The notes beneath the pieces were generated by a model. The model worked only from the letters and a program-made list of their open reading frames with translations, ran no database searches and was not told the origin of the DNA. Made by a program: the position numbers and the translations under genes. This document shows, piece by piece, positions 44,470-54,818 of a stretch of 64,000 nt of DNA. Position 1 is the first letter of the stretch. The number at the start of each line of letters is the position of its first letter. Origin of the DNA: an uncultured Acidobacteriota bacterium (GTDB taxonomy: Bacteria; Acidobacteriota; Vicinamibacteria; Vicinamibacterales; CAVVIG01); the NCBI GenBank assembly GCA_963731545.1, contig CAVSWN010000012.1:1123-65122 (forward strand), read 5' to 3'.

Positions 44470-45264
44470 TGACGGAGGGAACGGTAACGGAGGCGACGGA
44501 GACAACGGTATTACACAGAGAAACGAAGGAACGGAGAATTGAACAGAGAAGACAAAATAATGTCTTCTCCGTTCAAACCTCTGTTCCTTCGTTCCTCTGT
44601 GTAATTACCGTTCCCTCCGTCCGCTCCGTTACCTCGGCGCGGGGGTTGACCAACCTCCTCACACCATCCATCAGCCTCGGCACATTGAAGTTGATCAACA
44701 GTCCAACCGGACAGCGCGTCAAATGCAGGTACGTCAGGAGCTGGGCCTCGAATACCGGCAGCACCGTGGCTACGGATTTCACTTCGACGACAACCGAGTC
44801 TTCGACGATGAGATCGAGCCGATATGAGGCGTCCAGGGCGATGCCCTTGTAGACGACCGGGATCGGATGCTGCGTCACGAATTTCAACTTGCGCGCACCC
44901 AGCTCAAAGCGCAGACACGGCAGATATGTCGATTCAAGGAGCCCGGGTCCGAGCACGCGATGAACTTCGATCGCGGCGCCGAGAATTCCATGAGTGAGAT
45001 CGTTGAAGGCCGAAAGGTCGATGTGCATGCGCCGGCGTCGTGCAAGGAGCAAGCCGCGAGAAAATCCCAGCTTTCTTTAGATCCGGGTCGCAAAAGAGCG
45101 CAGTTTCTGCGATTGCTAGCGAGGCCTTGATGCGAGTTTTTCAATCGAAGGAACCTAGACAGAAAAAGAGAATGAGGTCTTCTCCGTTCAAACCTCCGTT
45201 CCTTCGTTCCTCCTTGTGATACCGTTCCCTCCGTCCCCTCCGTTTCCGTTTCCTCCGTCTCCTC
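44466..45264. mobile_element. Candidate GxxExxY element bounded by 88-bp imperfect terminal inverted repeats
   Basis: 44466-44553 aligns without gaps to the reverse complement of 45177-45264 (13 mismatches by hand count). A third copy lies at 44562-44635. Confidence 0.65.
44573..45028 (-). CDS. GxxExxY protein (PD-(D/E)XK nuclease-like)
   Basis: LGPGLLESTY signature, RLDLIVE, VEVKSV, AQLLTYL and GLLINF. Confidence 0.92.
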   Translation of the reverse strand: MHIDLSAFNDLTHGILGAAIEVHRVLGPGLLESTYLPCLRFELGARKLKFVTQHPIPVVYKGIALDASYRLDLIVEDSVVVEVKSVATVLPVFEAQLLTYLHLTRCPVGLLINFNVPRLMDGVRRLVNPRAEVTERTEGTVITQRNEGTEV

Positions 45265-45294
45265 CGTGCGCGCTATAATACCTACACTGCAGGC

Positions 45295-45618
45295 ATGATT
45301 CGCCTCGGCGCCTTCGAACACCTCCTCCTCCTCGCCCTCATCCGCCTGGGCGACGACACCTATGGCGTGCCGATCCGCGACGAGATCGAGGCGCGGACGG
45401 GCCGGCTCGTCTCGCCCGGCGCGATCTACACCGCGCTCGATCGCCTCGAGCGCCGCGGCCTCGTCCGCTCCCAGCTCGGGGACCCGACACCCGCGCGCGG
45501 CGGCAAGCGCAAGCGCTGCTATCGGTTGACGACGAAAGGCAGCGCGGCGCTGCGGGATGCGCAGAACGCGATGACCCACATGACGCACGGCATCAAGCCG
45601 AAGCTGCAGACGCAATGA
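45295..45618 (+). CDS. padR: PadR family transcriptional regulator
   Basis: LGAFEHLLLLAL, YGVPI, GAIYTALDRLE..G and RGGKRKR; TATAAT at 45274-45279 upstream. Confidence 0.9.
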   Translation: MIRLGAFEHLLLLALIRLGDDTYGVPIRDEIEARTGRLVSPGAIYTALDRLERRGLVRSQLGDPTPARGGKRKRCYRLTTKGSAALRDAQNAMTHMTHGIKPKLQTQ

Positions 45619-48312
45619 CGCGCCTGCGCGCGGAAGCGTCAGCGAAGGCGCGCCACCGCGCCTCCCAGGGCGTCTACTCCGCCTGCTGCTCCCGCCGGAG
45701 GTTCGCGAAGTCATCGCCGGCGATCTCGAGGAAACCTGGGCGCAGCATCCCTCGCGCAGCCGGTATTGGCGGATGACCATCGCCTCGCTGGCCGCCTGGT
45801 GGCGGCATCGCCTGCGCGGCGAGCACGACCGCTCGAATACGGATCGCCGCGCGCCCAATGGAGACGGCCTCATGCAGCAGCTTCTGCAAGACCTCGCGTA
45901 CGGACTCCGGCTGATGCGCCGCGCACCCGCGTTCACGGCGGCTATTGTGCTGACGCTGGCCGTCGGCATCGGCGCCAACGCGGCCACGTTCAGCATCGTG
46001 GACATCCTCGCGCTGACACCGCTCACCTACAAAGACCCCGAGCGTGTCGCCTTCGTCTTCGGGTGGAATCTTGAACGTCAGCAGCGGCGCTTCAACCTGC
46101 CGCTCGCCGATGCGCTCGATATCGGCAGGGACACCCGATCGCTGGCCATGGTCGCTGGCTATCAGTACTGGAGCGCGAATCTGACCGGCGCCGCCGATCC
46201 CGAGCGTGTGCAGGCGTACCGCGTGACGGCCAACACATTCGCGCTGCTCGGCGTCGAGGCGGAACATGGCCGCACGATTGCCGCGGCCGACGGCCTCCCC
46301 GCCGCCCCGGACGTTGTCGTCCTCAGCCATGGCCTGTGGCAGCGGCGGTTCGGCGGATCGCCGGCGAGCGTGGGCGCAGACGGTCACGCTCGACGGGCGC
46401 GCGCACACCATCGTCGGCGTGATGCCGCGCCGGTTCGAGTTCCCCGTGTTCAACTTCAAAGGCGAAGCCTGGACGCCGTTCAAGATCGACGAAGCGGCGG
46501 GCATCACGCGCGAGTCGTCGCCGTCGGTCGTGGCGATCGCTCGGCTGCGGCCCGACGCCAGCTACCGCACGGCGCAAGCGGAGCTCGACACCGTGATGCG
46601 GCGGCTGGAAACGGACTACCCGCGCAGCAATCGCGGTCTGGGCGCGCGGATCCTCGAGATGCGCCGGCTCGGCGACGAGTACGGCACGGGATCGATCTCG
46701 ATCGTCCTGCTGTTCGCGGTCGGCTTCGTGCTGCTGCTCGCGTGCGCCAACGTCGCCAACCTGCTCCTGTCGCGGGCGGTCTCGCGCGAACGGGAAATCG
46801 GCGTTCGCGCCGCCATCGGCGCCGGCCGCGGCCGCCTGGTCAGACAACTGCTCACCGAGAGCGCGCTCCTCTCGGCCGCGGGGTCGATTGCGGGGCTCGC
46901 GGTCGCGGCGATCGTGCTGCAGTGGATCCGCGCCTCGCTGCCGGAGCTGCTGCTGGTCTCGCAACCGAACGTGCTCGACCTGGGCGTCGACCGCCGCACG
47001 CTCGTCTACACCGCCGGATTGGCCACGATGAGCGCACTGCTGTTCGGCGGATTACCGGCGCTGCGCACCGCCAGGATCGATCTGCTCACGTCATTGAAGG
47101 CCGGCAGTCACGGCACCGCGTCGCCGCGTCACCAACGCGCTCGCTCGGCGTTGATGGTCGCAGAGGTGGCGATATCGGTCGTGCTCCTCGTCGGCGCCGG
47201 GCTGCTCGTTCGCGGCGCCGGACGCCTACGGCACGTGGACACAGGTTTCAATCCGGACTCGGTTCTGACGATGACGATCGCGTTGCCCGAGTATCGATAC
47301 GGCGACGCCGATGCGCGGCGTACGTTCTTCACGTCGGCGCTGAGCAACGTGCAGCATATTCCAGGCGTGCGCGCCGCCGGGTTCGTCAACGTCCTGCCGC
47401 TCAGTACCTACGACGGGGGCACGCGCTACACGCTGTCCGGCCGCGGCCGTCGAGGCAGGGCGTGAACCCACGGCCGCCTTCCGCATCGTCACGGCGGACT
47501 ACTTCAACGCTCTCGAAATCCCCGTGCGCGCCGGTCGCGGCTTCGATTCGCGAGACGCGGCAACGGCGCAGCCGGTCGCGATCGTGAACCAGACATTCGT
47601 GCGCCGCGTGTTCGGCGGCGCCGATCCCATCGGCCAGCAGTTCCGTCTTGGTCGTGTGACATCCACCAGTCCGATGCGGACGATCGTCGGCGTCGTCGGC
47701 GACGTGCTCCACTCCGAGCTGACCGGCCGGCCCGAGCCGGAGATCTACGTGCCCTTCGCGCAGGCTCCGGCGTCGACGATGTTCCTCGCCGCGCGGACGG
47801 CCGGCGATCCCGACAGGTTTGTAGACGCTGTCCGCGGGTCGCTGGCGAAGGTCGACCCAGGACAGCCGGTCTATCACGTGAAGTCGATGAAATCGCTGGT
47901 GGACGCGGCGATGCTGCCCAACACAACGGCGACGGCGATCATGACGCTGTTCGCGATGCTCGCTCTCGTGCTCGCCAGCGTGGGGATCTACGGCGTCACG
48001 TCGTACGCCGTCACCCAACAGACGCGGGAATTCGGCGTCCGGCTCGCGCTCGGCGCGACGCCGCTCGACGTGCTGGGGATCGTGATCCGCCGCGGGCTGA
48101 CGCTGATCGCGATCGGTATGGTCATCGGGAGCGTGTTGGCCATCGGCGCCGGGCAGGCGCTCGCAGCGTTGCTGCCGAGCGTGCGCGCAGCGGACGCGCT
48201 GCCGTACCTGGCCGTGGCCGCGATCCTCTTCGCCGTCGGCGCGGCGGCATGCTACGTGCCCGCCCGCCGCGCCATGCGGCTTGATCCGGTGGAGATCCTG
48301 AGGGCGGACTAG
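45615..48312 (+). CDS. ADOP-type ABC transporter permease; frameshifted
   Basis: IAGDLEE N-terminus, [41 protein letters not shown] and LRAD end; ATGA overlap with padR. Confidence 0.9.
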
Positions 48313-48323
48313 CTGAAGCCGAC

Positions 48324-48452
48324 ATTTCAGAATTCGTGTCAGAGGATTTCGGAGTTCAGATTGATTTGCCGATTCAAGCACTGAATCGGTCAAATCGGCC
48401 AATCTGAATTCAATCTGAAATCTGAACTCTGAAGTTCTCTGAAGTCTGAAAT
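48324..48452. repeat. AT-rich palindromic element made of TTCAGA/TCTGAA units
   Basis: Left arm with TTCAGA-like units, core hairpin GATTTGCCGATTCA-AGCAC-TGAATCGGTCAAATC, right arm with six TCTGAA; between convergent genes. Confidence 0.7.
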
Positions 48453-48456
48453 ATCT

Positions 48457-48876
48457 CTACGACGCTCCGACGCGCATCGTCATCGTGAGGCGATTGCGGT
48501 CGTGGTCCCGGCGATAGTCGATCGTTTCGGTGAGGGCCTTGACGATGTGGATGCCGAGTCCCCCGACGGGGCGTTCGGTAATGGGCAGATCGAGATCGGG
48601 CGGTTTCGCGTCGAGGGGATTGAACGCGATCCCGTCGTCGGCGATGTCGATGGTCAGCACGCCGCCGTCGAGCGCGAGCGAGACGCCGATCGCGTCCGCG
48701 CCGTCGCTGGCTTGGCCGTACTTGATGACGTTGGACACGATTTCGTCGAGCACCAGGTTGACGTTCATCACCACGTCGTCCGAAAGGTGATGGTCGGCGC
48801 CAAAGCGCTCCACGAGATCGGCGAGGCGCACGAGCTCCTGGCGTTCGTTACGGAGCGCGATGGACAGGGACGCCAC
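48457..48876 (-). CDS. RsbW/SpoIIAB-like anti-sigma factor Ser kinase (HATPase_c_2)
   Basis: LVLDEIVSNVIKYG, DDGIAFNP and RPVGGLGIHIV. Confidence 0.9.
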   Translation of the reverse strand: MASLSIALRNERQELVRLADLVERFGADHHLSDDVVMNVNLVLDEIVSNVIKYGQASDGADAIGVSLALDGGVLTIDIADDGIAFNPLDAKPPDLDLPITERPVGGLGIHIVKALTETIDYRRDHDRNRLTMTMRVGAS

Positions 48877-48893
48877 GATTCAACGATACCCAG

Positions 48894-49713
48894 CTACACA
48901 TACAGCCGCCGCAGCATGTCGGCCGCCGATTCGTCGAGCTGCTCGGCGCGGCGGACGTCCTCGAACCGGTTCGAGCAGATCGTCGGCGCGCAGCCGCTGC
49001 TTCTCGGCGCCGCGGAAGTCGTGGATGACCGCGCCGCGGTGCATCATCACCAGCCGGTCGCCGAGGTTGCGCCGCCTGCTGCATCGAGTGCGTCACCATC
49101 AGCGTCGTCAGCTGGTCGCGCGCGACGATCTCCTCGCTCAGCTGGATGACCTGATCGGCGCTCTTGGGATCGAGCGCGGCGGTGTGCTCGTCGAGCAGCA
49201 GCAGCTTCGGCTTCAGCCACGACGCCATCAGCAGCGTCAGCGCCTGGCGCTGGCCGCCCGAGAGGCTGCCGATCGGGTTGTCGAGCCGATCCTCGAGCCG
49301 CATGTTCAAGCTTGCGCACGCGGTCGCGGAACTCGTCGCGCATCGACCGCGTCGAGCGCCCAGCCAAGCCCGCGCGGCTTGCCGCGCCGCGCCGCCAGCG
49401 CGAGGTTCTCGGCGATCGACATCGACGGCGCGGTGCCGCTGAACGGATTCTGGAACACGCGGCCGATGAGCGACGCGCGCCGGTGCTCGGGCCACGCGGT
49501 GATGTCGGCGCCGTCGAGGCGAATCGTGCCCGCGGTCGACGAGGAACGCCGCCGGCGACGGCGTTGAGCAGCGTCGACTTGCCCGAGCCGTTCGTGCCGA
49601 TGACGATGACGAACGAGCCTTCGTCGATGGTCAGGTCGACGCCGTGCAGCGCGCGCACCTCGTTCGGCGTGCCGGGGTTGAAGGTCTTGAAGACCTGCTG
49701 CGAGTTCGAGCAT
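48894..49713 (-). CDS. ABC transporter ATP-binding protein (COG1101-like); frameshifted
   Basis: GTNGSGKS, RVFQNP, LSGGQRQAL, LLDEHTAALDP and VTH. Confidence 0.9.
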
Positions 49714-49715
49714 GG

Positions 49716-50667
49716 CTACGCGTCCTGCGCTGGCGACGGCGCCGGCTGCCGCTTGCAACCTGCCGCACGAACGACGGGCAGCACGAGCGCGACGAACACG
49801 AAGACCGCGGTGATCAGCTTCAGGTCGTTCGGGTCGAGCCCGCCGCGCAGCGCGATCGCCACGAGCAGGCGGAACAGGACCGAGCCCATCGACCGCGCCG
49901 GTGATCACGAACCCGAGCTCGCGGACGCCGACGAGCGCCTCGCCGATGATGATGCTCGCCAGGCCCCAGACGACCATGCCGATGCCCATCTGCACGTCGG
50001 CAAATCCCTGGTACTGCGCGAGCAGCGCCGCCCGACAGCGCGATGAGGCCGTTCGACAGCGCCAGGCCGAGGACGATCATGTTGTCCACGTTGACGCCGA
50101 GCGCGCGGATCATCTGCGCGTTGTCGCCGGCGGCCTGCATGGCGGTGCCGAGGTTGGTGCGGAAGAACAGATAGAGCAGCGCGCCGACCGCGACCGCCGC
50201 GACGAGCAGCGACAGCACGAGCACGCCGGCGTCGCGCGTGCTGACCTCCCAGCCGACGATGTGCAGCCGCTCGGCGCCGAACGACCGCTGCGCGGCGCTG
50301 TCCGCCATCGACGCGAGCGTCCGCTCCGACATGAGCGGCACGTTGCTCTTGCCCATGATGTGCAGGTTGACCGAGTAGAGCGCGGTCATCACGAGGATGC
50401 CGGAGAGCAGGCCGTTGATCCTGAAGCGCGTGTGCAGGACGCCGGTCGTCGTGCCCGCCAGCGCGCCCGCGCCGAATGCGGCCAGCGGTCGCGAGGCCGG
50501 GGTGCACGCTGGCGACGAGCAGCACGGCGGCGACCGCGCCGCCGAGCGTGATCGATCCGTCGGCGGTGATGTCCGGGAACGCGAAGATCCGGAAGCTGAT
50601 GAAGACGCCGAGCGCGAGCAGCGAGAGGATCAGCCCGATCGTGAAGCGCGCCAATGAGCAGGAGCAT
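49716..50667 (-). CDS. ABC transporter permease (COG4120-like); frameshifted
   Basis: FPDITADGS..LG, TALYSVNL.IMG, GLALSNGL, MGIGM.V.GLAS.IIGE and DLKLITA. Confidence 0.88.
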
Positions 50668-50680
50668 GTCAGATCTCCCG

Positions 50681-51918
50681 TCACTGCGCCGCGATCGGCC
50701 CGATCCAGCACGCGCCGCGGACGAACTCGCTCTCGCCGGCGCCCGTCGCGCCGCGATCGTCGCTGCAGCAGGTGCAGGACGCCCAGCAGCTGATCCGGTT
50801 CGAACAGCCGCGTGACGGTTTCCGTGAGATCGATGAATCCCTTTTGAATCGGGCGGAACCGGAACGCGGCCGCGTGCAGATGGCCCTGGAAGTCCGCGCC
50901 GATGGGCCGCAGCTGCGCGCCGTCGCCGTCGCGCGAGCGCATCGGCCACGACGCCTGCGGCGAGCGACACGCTCGGGGTGAACGCGCGCTCCGCGGTGAA
51001 GGACAGCCGTCCGCGCACCGATGGGTGCGCGAAGAAGTCGCCGCTCGCGAGCGGCTGCGTCGGCGAGCGCCGCAGCGCCGCGCCCACGAGCCCGGCCGTT
51101 TCGGCCACGATCACGATGCCGATCATGTCGGTGTCGGCGACGTGCAGGCACGCCCTCGCCAGCTGCGAGGGCGTGACGCCAGCGCCCTGGTGCACCGGCT
51201 CGAACCGCACGAGGTGCGAAAACGCGCCGTCGCAGGCGAGGCCATACAGCACGCGGATCGCCGATCCCAGCGCGCCCTTGGCGATCAGATAGTCGGCGAC
51301 GTTGGTGCCGTCCGCCGGCTGGTAGGCGGTGGCGCCGGCCACCGAAATCAACTCACCGAAGCGCGTGCGGCAGTCGGCGAAGTGGTCGCCGAACGCGCCG
51401 ACGCCGATCGCGAACGCCGGCGTGGTGCCCTCGAGGCTCAGACACTGTTCCTCGGTGAACGCCGCGCGGAGCAGCGGCTCGGGCGTCCCGAGCGGCCGCC
51501 ACGCCAGGGACGCGTGCGCGTCGAGCTGGAATACCTCCAGCGAGAGCTCGTCGGTCTCGAACAATCGGGGGAGATGAAGCGGCGGCGAAATGATTTTGGT
51601 GGTCGCCACCACCGAGACGTCGCCGATGAGGACTTCGGCGAGGCGCGTGATGCGCAGGACCGTCGCGACCGCGGGCGAGGGCGACACAACCCGGAAGCCG
51701 CCGCTGATCCGTCCCAGCTGCTGATGATGCTTGACGAGCACGCCGATCCCGGCCGAGCTCAGGAAGCTGACCTTCGAGCAGTCGAGCGCGATCCGATGAT
51801 GCCCTTCCGCGATCGCTTCGCGAATCGCGGCGTCGAGGTGATCGGCCCAATAGCCGTCGACGCGGCCGTCGACCTTCATGAGCAGCACATCGCCGGTGGT
51901 CGACCGCGTGACCTCCAT
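50681..51918 (-). CDS. STAS (anti-sigma factor antagonist) domain fused to a ~300 aa domain of unknown function; frameshifted
   Basis: GRVD, LDCSKVSFLSSAGIGVL (phospho-Ser motif) and VLRITRL; long uncharacterised C-terminus. Confidence 0.8.
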
Positions 51919-51919
51919 G

Positions 51920-53927
51920 CTACTCGTCGATCACCTTGTTGGCTTTCGCCACCACGGCGGGCGGCGTCGTCAGACCCGGCGGCGCGCGCCGCGGCCTGGT
52001 TGACGATCACGTGCGTGCTGCTGACGGAGGCGAACGGGATCGAGGCCGGCGACTCGCCGCGCATCACGCGGGCGGCGAGCGCGGCGGCCTGGCGTCCGCT
52101 CTCGTAGTAGTCGCGCGCGAGCGTCAGCACCGCGTGCTTGGCCTGGCTGCTCTGGAACGCGAACATCGGCACCTTCGACCGCTGCGCCACCTGCGCGATG
52201 TTGGGGAACGCGGCGACCGTCAGGTTCCCCGGGATCTGACAGATCGCGTCGACGTGCGCCGAGACGAGCGACAGCGCCGCGTCGGCGACCTCGCTGGTGG
52301 AGTTGGCCGCGACCGCCTTGATCTCGAAGCCGTTGGCGCGCGCCGCTTTCTCGAGCAGGTCCTTCTGGGAGACCATGTTCACTTCGGCCGGCGTGTAGAC
52401 GGTGCCGAGCACCCGCGCGTTCGGCATGTACGCAGCGAATCATCGGCAGCATCTGATCGTAGGCGCCGAGCAGGTAGACGCCGGTCACGTTCGGCGCGTG
52501 ATCCTGATCGCTCGTCCCCGCGCCGGCGACGAACGGATCGGCGACGTAGTTGAAGACGACCGGGAGACGCTTGGCGCGCTGCAGCGCGGCCTGCAGCGTC
52601 GGCGTCGAAAAGGTGATCAGCAGGTCCGAGTCGGCGAGCGCGGCGTCGACGAGCGCCGCTGACCGTCGCCATGTCGCCCTGCGCGTTCCTGACGGTGTAC
52701 TTGTAGTCGCGGCCGTCCACGAGCCCCGACTCCTTCAGGCCGTCGAGCACGCCCTGCTCGCCTTCCTCGACTTCCGCCACGCGATTGAGCTCGATCAAAC
52801 TGAGGCGCCACGTTTTCGACAGCGGCTTCCGATCCGCGGCCTGGTTCGCCGGAGGAGCCGCCGGCACCGCCTTCTTGTGCACGCCCGTCTCGTCCACCAC
52901 GACGCTGGCGCGGGCCAGCGCTTCGTCCGGCACGCGCCACGGCTCCCTCAGTCCCTTGAGCACGGTCGTGTTGACCGAGAGGAAGGCCGGTACGAGATCG
53001 AGAACGTCGCGCACGGGAATCTTGGCGATGTCCGCGCCTTCGAGGATGTCGGCCGCGAGCAGGCCGCCCTGGCGCCCCACTTGATAGAAGTCGGGGCCGG
53101 CGTCGAACAGGGTGCCGCGGTCGGGCGCGCCAGGCAGGATCGTGAACACCGGCACGCTGGACCGCTTCGCGATGGCGATCACCTGATCGATTCCGGCGAT
53201 GACCGTGTTGTCGCCGCCAACCCAGATCGCCTGCGCGCCGCGCGCGATGAGCGAGTTGACCGCGTCGCCCACGGCCGACGTGGTGTCCGCGTTGGCCTCG
53301 AGCAGCGTCAGACCCGTTTCCTTGGCGATCTTGCGTCCGCGCTCGACGAAGATCAGCGAGTTGGTTTCCGACGGATTCCAGGCGGTGCCGATGCGCTCGA
53401 GCCCCGGCAGCATCTGCTTCGCGAGCGCGAACGCCGTTTCCACGGGCGGAAAGCTGCCCTGCCCGACCATGTACGGCGGATGCTTCAGCGGATTGGCGCG
53501 GTCGAGGCCGACGCCCGACGCGAACGGATCGGCCACGAGCGTGAAGAGATGTTTGACCTTGCCCTCGCGGTTGTTGTTCGCCACCGCCTGCATCGACGGC
53601 GTGCTCGACGTGATGACGAGATCGAAGCCGCCGGCAGTCACCTGCCGCGCAATGGCCACGCCGGTCGGCATGTCGCCCTGCGCGTTGAACCGTTCGATCG
53701 TCAGGTTGTCGCCGTCGCGATAGCCGCGCGACGCCAGCCCGTCGATGGTGCCGCGAATGCCCTCGTCCAGGACCGTCGTGTTCGCGTGCTGAAGAATCGC
53801 GATGCGCTGGACTTTCCGGGACGCCGACGCCTCCAGAGCGGTGCTCGCGATCGGCGAGCAGCAGAATCGCGGATGCGGCTGCGATCAGCAGCACGCCGAG
53901 GGCAAGACGTTTGATGGCGTACAGCAA
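51920..53927 (-). CDS. ABC substrate-binding protein with two tandem ABC_sub_bind (COG2984-like) domains; frameshifted
   Basis: Duplicated motifs NAQGD, STP.(M/L)QA, VADPF..G, WNPSE.NS / YTPAE.N and (F/Y)Y..GRQ. Confidence 0.85.
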
Positions 53928-53985
53928 AGCCGTGTGGAAGGCGAGAGCCGCTCGAATCTTGTGACGGGATGCGGGCGGGTGTCAA

Positions 53986-54360
53986 CTATGTCTGGGGGAT
54001 CCGGGAGAGGTGTGTCACGACACAGGTCCATTGCGCCCTGTTGCCGGACAAAAACACACGTCACCCGTTCCACCTCGCGGAATCGCCGTCCCTGGTAGGT
54101 CCCTCCCGATACTCCGCGCGACGTGACCACGGCTGCGTCGCCGTACACGCGGACGTGGAAGTCGTCGGACTCCATCACGTCGTGAGTGACCGTCCCGGAC
54201 GACACCAACCCCAGAAACGTCGCCTTGTCGATGATGCCGCCGTCGGAGCCGATGATCGTCCAGTCGTCCGACATGAACCGGCCGATGGCCGCGGCGTCAT
54301 TGCTGACCATCGCCCGGTCCCAGGCGTTGCCACGTCAATCAAGTCGTTTGTTTCGCTCAT
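53986..54360 (-). CDS. NTF2-like DUF4440 protein; frameshifted
   Basis: MVSNDA..I..FMSDDW, VRVYGDAAVV and T.VFVR. Confidence 0.8.
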
Positions 54361-54385
54361 GGAGAATGTCGCGACGGACTCAAAT

Positions 54386-54802
54386 CTAAGTCTGCTTCAG
54401 TTCCGGCTGTACGAATGACCAGTGGCTGTGGATGATCTTCCACGTGCCGCCAATCCGGCTGTAGACCTCGGTGGCATTCCAGCGAGCCAGGACACTTTCC
54501 GGAGCATCCGGCAGTTTTCCGTAGTTCACAAGGTTGAACGTCAAGAGCGCGACATCCCCATGGCCCTGAACCTTCGGGTCGATCATGTCGTACCGTGGAT
54601 CCGTGAACGGGGGCTTCATGTCCTTCATCGGCGCCACCCGAACCTGCAGCGCCTCCAGGCCATCGACCCGCGTTTCCGTAAACGGATCGAAATACGTCAC
54701 CTCTGGCGCCATGATGTCGAGGTAACCCTGAGGGTCCAAGGTAATCCAGCGGTCGAGCGCAGCACGCTCCAAGGCGACGAGTTCTTCGAGCAAGCGATCC
54801 AT
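54386..54802 (-). CDS. NTF2-like (SnoaL/DUF4440) protein
   Basis: LERAALDRW, VTYFDP and WNATEVY....WKIIHSHWS. Confidence 0.82.
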   Translation of the reverse strand: MDRLLEELVALERAALDRWITLDPQGYLDIMAPEVTYFDPFTETRVDGLEALQVRVAPMKDMKPPFTDPRYDMIDPKVQGHGDVALLTFNLVNYGKLPDAPESVLARWNATEVYSRIGGTWKIIHSHWSFVQPELKQT

Positions 54803-54818
54803 GGAAACCTCCTCCCTC

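Noticed and set aside
44466-45264. CRISPR array or classical IS interpretation of the ACGGAG repeats
   Set aside because: No regularly spaced direct repeats with unique spacers, no cas genes, and no DDE/HUH transposase or TSD at this locus.
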